53,738 nt of DNA. Source: Octopus bimaculoides. Its lineage: Eukaryota. Below the pieces are notes generated by a model. It was not told the origin of the DNA, made no database searches, and was given only the letters and a program-made list of their open reading frames with translations. The stretch is from assembly GCF_001194135.2 (NCBI RefSeq), contig NC_068990.1, forward strand, positions 16,906,870 to 16,960,607. Reading direction: 5' to 3'. The translations under genes and the position numbers were made by a program. Position 1 is the stretch's first letter. Every line of letters begins with the position of its first letter. Below are positions 50,140 to 53,738 of this stretch, one piece after another.

Positions 50140-50415
50140 GAATTATGTACATTATTTACATTTGACGGATATTTGTCCTCATCTTGTTTGTTGTTAACAC
50201 AACTTTTCAACTGATATACCCTCCAGCCTTCATCAGGTATCTTGGGGAAATTTCAAACCTGGGTTCTCATTCCTAAGGTATTTTTCAATGTTATTGTTAT
50301 TGTTGTTGTTATTATTATTATTATTATCATAATTATTATTCAGGTCACTGCCTGGAATCGAACTGGGAATCTTGGGGGTAGTAGCCCGCGCTCTTAACCA
50401 CTACGCCATATTCCC
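50140..50415 (-). mobile_element. Family E element: tRNA-like head, (AAT)n spacer, Penelope-like tail
   Basis: Head 50415-50341 has A box tggcgtagtgg and B box gttcgattcc. Spacer 50340-50290. The tail contains a hammerhead-like core. Confidence 0.7.
50196..50241 (-). ncRNA. Degenerate minimal type I hammerhead ribozyme motif
   Basis: gatac-CTGATGA-a-ggctg-gagggtatat-cagtt-GAA-A-a-g-T-T-gtgtt: stem I gatac/gtgtt, stem II ggctg/cagtt, and a broken minimal stem III. Confidence 0.45.
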
Positions 50416-50630
50416 AAGGGCATAAGATTAGGGGCATATAATAATAAGTTATTGGTGCCAATAAGAAATAAGGGGTTTCAGTATGGAGCCTAAGGAGCCA
50501 AAGTAAGGACCTGTGGCTATCTACTCTCTTAAAAAACAAAATGCCACAGTCTGTTCCTACAATCCATTTTAGTTGAATTTAGAGAGAAGCCCTTCTACCT
50601 CAGTAATGCATGCCACAGAAATGACTTTAA

Positions 50631-51245
50631 ACTTTTTGTTACCATATTTCTGTTGAATCACGCTGCCCTTTGTTTCAATTAATTTTGAAAGTAATGAAGA
50701 ATTTAATAAAATAACTGTCATTATTATGTGGGTGTTTGGGACCTCTTTTATCTTTTACTTGTTTCAGTCATTACACTGTGGCCATGCTGGGGCACCACCT
50801 TAAAGAATTTCAGTCAAAAGAATCAACCCCAGTAGTTATTATTTTTATTTGAGCTTGGTACTTATTCTACTGGTCTCTTTTGCCAAACTGCTAAGTTACA
50901 GGGACATAAAAATACGATGCCAGTTGTCATATGGTGGCAGCAAACATACGCAAACACAAAGACACACACTCAGGTATATGTACATACACACACAATGGCC
51001 TTCTTTCAGTTTCCATCCGCCAAATCCACTCACAACACTTTGGTCAGCCTGAGGCTATAGTAAAAGACACTTGCCCAAGGTGACATGCAATGGGACTGAA
51101 CCTGGAACCATGTAGTCGGGAAGCAAACTTCTCACCACACAGTCACATGAAATTTTGATGTGAAGTTTTAATTTAGCTCACTCTAAAACAGGAACTTTGT
51201 GTCATAGAACCAGGAGCAGTCTCAGGCATTTTGGTATCAAAAAGG
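50631..51245. mobile_element. TTAA-flanked (piggyBac-type) MITE split by a family A SINE
   Basis: ttaa|actttttgttacc ... ggtatcaaaaagg|ttaa; halves 50631-50742 and 51145-51245. Confidence 0.75.
50743..51144 (-). mobile_element. SINE family A, full copy nested in a MITE
   Basis: All modules as at 611-994. Confidence 0.8.
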
Positions 51246-51651
51246 TTAAAAAACACGCCATCAGTCAGACAGCAAGCAAACTCTCTTACCAAATTTTCCC
51301 CAAATTAGTCACTAAAAACCAGACAGAGAATATAGAATAAGCCATGATCATCCACTTCCTATCAGATACCAAAAAAAAAAAAAAAAAAAAAAAANNNNNN
51401 NNNNNNNNNNNNNNNNNNNNNNNNNNNNNNNNNNNNNNNNNNNNNNNNNNNNNNNNNNNNNNNNNNNNNNNNNNNNNNNNNNNNNNNNNNNNNNNNNNNN
51501 NNNNNNNNNNNNNNNNNNNNNNNNNNNNNNNNNNNNNNNNNNNNNNNNNNNNNNNNNNNNNNNNNNNNNNNNNNNNNNNNNNNNNNNNNNNNNNNNNNNN
51601 NNNNNNNNNNNNNNNNNNNNNNNNNNNNNNNNNNNNNNNNNNNNNNNNNNN

Positions 51652-51742
<91 letters not shown>

Positions 51743-51743
51743 G

Positions 51744-51806
<63 letters not shown>

Positions 51807-51865
51807 GTAGATAGATAGAGTTAGATAGACAGCTAAATAGATAGATAAATAGACAGATAGATTAG
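51652..51865. repeat. (TAGA)n microsatellite
   Basis: Direct reading, after gap 51395-51651. Confidence 0.95.
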
Positions 51866-53004
51866 ATGTACGTGTGTGTGTGTGTGTTTGGCTTTCCGCC
51901 ACTGCTTGACGACCATTGCCAGTTTGACAAAAGACATCAATAGAATAACTGAAACAAGTAAAAGCCAAAAAATAAAGATAAAAAACAAGATAATATTGAC
52001 AAAAATCCTCTAAAGATTAGATTTTCTACAGCCAGATGAACCTATAACTAACTCCTAAATTATCTAACTAAACCCTTGAAGTCCATGCAGATAATATTCC
52101 CACCAGTCTTCCATAGTTATTGATATAAAAGTGAAAGCTTTTATATTCTATTCTTTCTAGAACAAAAATAAACTCGATTGAACTTAACTAATAAATAATA
52201 TAACTAATTCTGAGTGAATTACATTATTTCATAACCCAAAAGTTAATAATTAAAACACTCCATATATATTAAATATCCGTTATTCTTACATGCTTTAATG
52301 TTAAACTTATACCAGTAATTCAATAGATAATACTAAAATATCCTTATTAAATAGGAACTAATAAAAGAATACCTGTAATTAACAATTATTATTAGAAGCC
52401 TTGTTACGATTAAAGCTAAATGTATAATTGTTTACAAGATAATATAGTATTACCACTTACATGTTATCTGGACACAGGAGGTTCAATCAACTATTCTCAA
52501 AGAACTGTCTTAACTATAGGAAAGGTAGTGCATAGTCCACCACCTTCTCCAATGTCTTTAACAATTTTAGTGGCATAATATGCAATTAGAATGACTTATA
52601 AACAGTCCAAATGGACAACTTACAATCCTAATCATTGGACGTTTACAAGTATTTACTAAGTTGCAGGCTAGATATTACACCATATTTATTTAAAATTTCT
52701 AGTCTCCCACCTAAACAGCAATTAAACATTTTCACTAATTTACCATATCTATACCCTTGTTTTATTAAATGTCTTAACAGTTTATTTATTCTTTCCCAAA
52801 CCTTTTAGTATTATATTCTGTTGTGTCTGGGGAGGGTCATTCTCTTTTAGTGCCTTGTAATTTAACACACACACCAGTAAAATTTCCACTCATTTACTTA
52901 TTTATTTTCCTAAAATTTTAGTTGCATCTTGCAACCTTTTCAATAGTTGTTGACTCTGTCCAAAGACGAAATACTTGTATTATATATATATACACGATGA
53001 GCTC

Positions 53005-53150
53005 CTTTTGTTTTCTGACTTCCAAATCCACTCACAAGGCTTTGGTCATCCTAAAGCTATAATAGACAACACTTGCCCAAGGTACCATGCAATGAGACTG
53101 AACCCCAAAGCAGGTGGTTGCAAAGCTAACTTCTTAACCTCACAGTATAC
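53005..53150 (-). mobile_element. SINE family A head
   Basis: ccaaatccactcacaaggctttggtc...cacttgcccaaggtacc...gactgaaccc. Similar head-only copies near 3396, 7180, 12960, 21205, 24620, 25405, 33655, 37255, 39240 and 40960. Confidence 0.75.
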
Positions 53151-53681
53151 CTATTCATAATCCTTCTTCTATTCACTACTGGTTGGCATCAACAGCAACC
53201 CAAGAAAACCTCTGAAAGGACTGTTCTAAGTATTAATGACATCTGCAATATTTTACTCTCCATTTCCTATTAGACACCCACAAGACCTATGTAGTGGTGA
53301 ACAATAACTATGGTTGCTTCTAGAATAACAACACATTTAGAATCTACCATTTGTCGAATTATTCATTGCAAACCCATTGTTCTCTCCACCCACTCATTTC
53401 TTTCTTAATTACCACTAACTCAATCCTCTCGTATGGCAACAAAACATGCATCTAGTCTTATAAGTTGATGATGTAATCACAGTGATCCCCTCCCATCGTT
53501 CTGCTCTCTCACCCACCCATTTTATATTTATACCAACTCACTTTCTTCATACATCTTCAAAATACCCACACAGTCTTATTTATTTATAAGTAGATGACAT
53601 CACAGTTATCTCCTCCTATAACCCCATCCTTCTTCAGTCAGTTACACACTTCCTTCAACTGTATATCAACCACCTAGGAAA

Positions 53682-53684
<3 letters not shown>

Positions 53685-53738
<54 letters not shown>
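53685..53738. repeat. (CT)n microsatellite at window end
   Basis: Direct reading. Confidence 0.95.

Noticed and set aside
50341-50415. Functional tRNA gene
   Set aside because: The acceptor and anticodon stems do not pair well, and the apparent ACT anticodon is not a standard eukaryotic tRNA. Treated as a SINE head.
52461-52580. Minus-strand CVQIT|gtaagt, resembling the CxxIxFD end of the preceding integrin exon
   Set aside because: An in-frame TGA lies three codons upstream of the Cys with no acceptor in between, and there is no GAVY motif.
51960-52800. AT-rich unique stretch considered as a NUMT or old LINE
   Set aside because: No recognisable mitochondrial gene or RT/endonuclease motif in any frame I could read.
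916-53160. Long ORFs in the supplied track rich in [12 protein letters not shown], poly-L/I/H/S or X
   Set aside because: They are translations of microsatellites or run through N-gaps; they show no protein-like composition and no splice support.

Overview
AT-rich, microsatellite-laden animal genomic DNA with nine N-gaps (about 2.9 kb in total). The repeat families and the large intron point to an octopod cephalopod, probably an Octopus draft assembly; this is an inference. The only recognisable host gene is an integrin alpha subunit on the minus strand. Two N-terminal beta-propeller exons (30279-30379 and 8406-8526) splice in frame across a 21,752-bp intron. The neighbouring exons were not found and probably lie outside the window or in gaps. 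The rest is intronic: several tRNA-headed SINE families, RTE and R4/Dong LINE fragments, a maT-type Tc1/mariner transposase fragment, MITEs (mariner, Tigger/pogo, piggyBac-type, hAT-like), a decayed 5S rRNA copy and tandem repeats. Almost all listed ORFs are microsatellite or N-gap artefacts. The best candidates for something new are a tRNA-headed element whose tail carries a Penelope-type minimal hammerhead ribozyme (50140-50415), a 5S-headed chimeric retroelement (44050-44631), two long near-perfect hairpins (45059-45216, 45490-45668) and a hairpin minisatellite just upstream of an integrin 3' splice site. SINE family letters A-F are my own working labels, and repeat boundaries are approximate (about 10-20 bp) unless termini are quoted.
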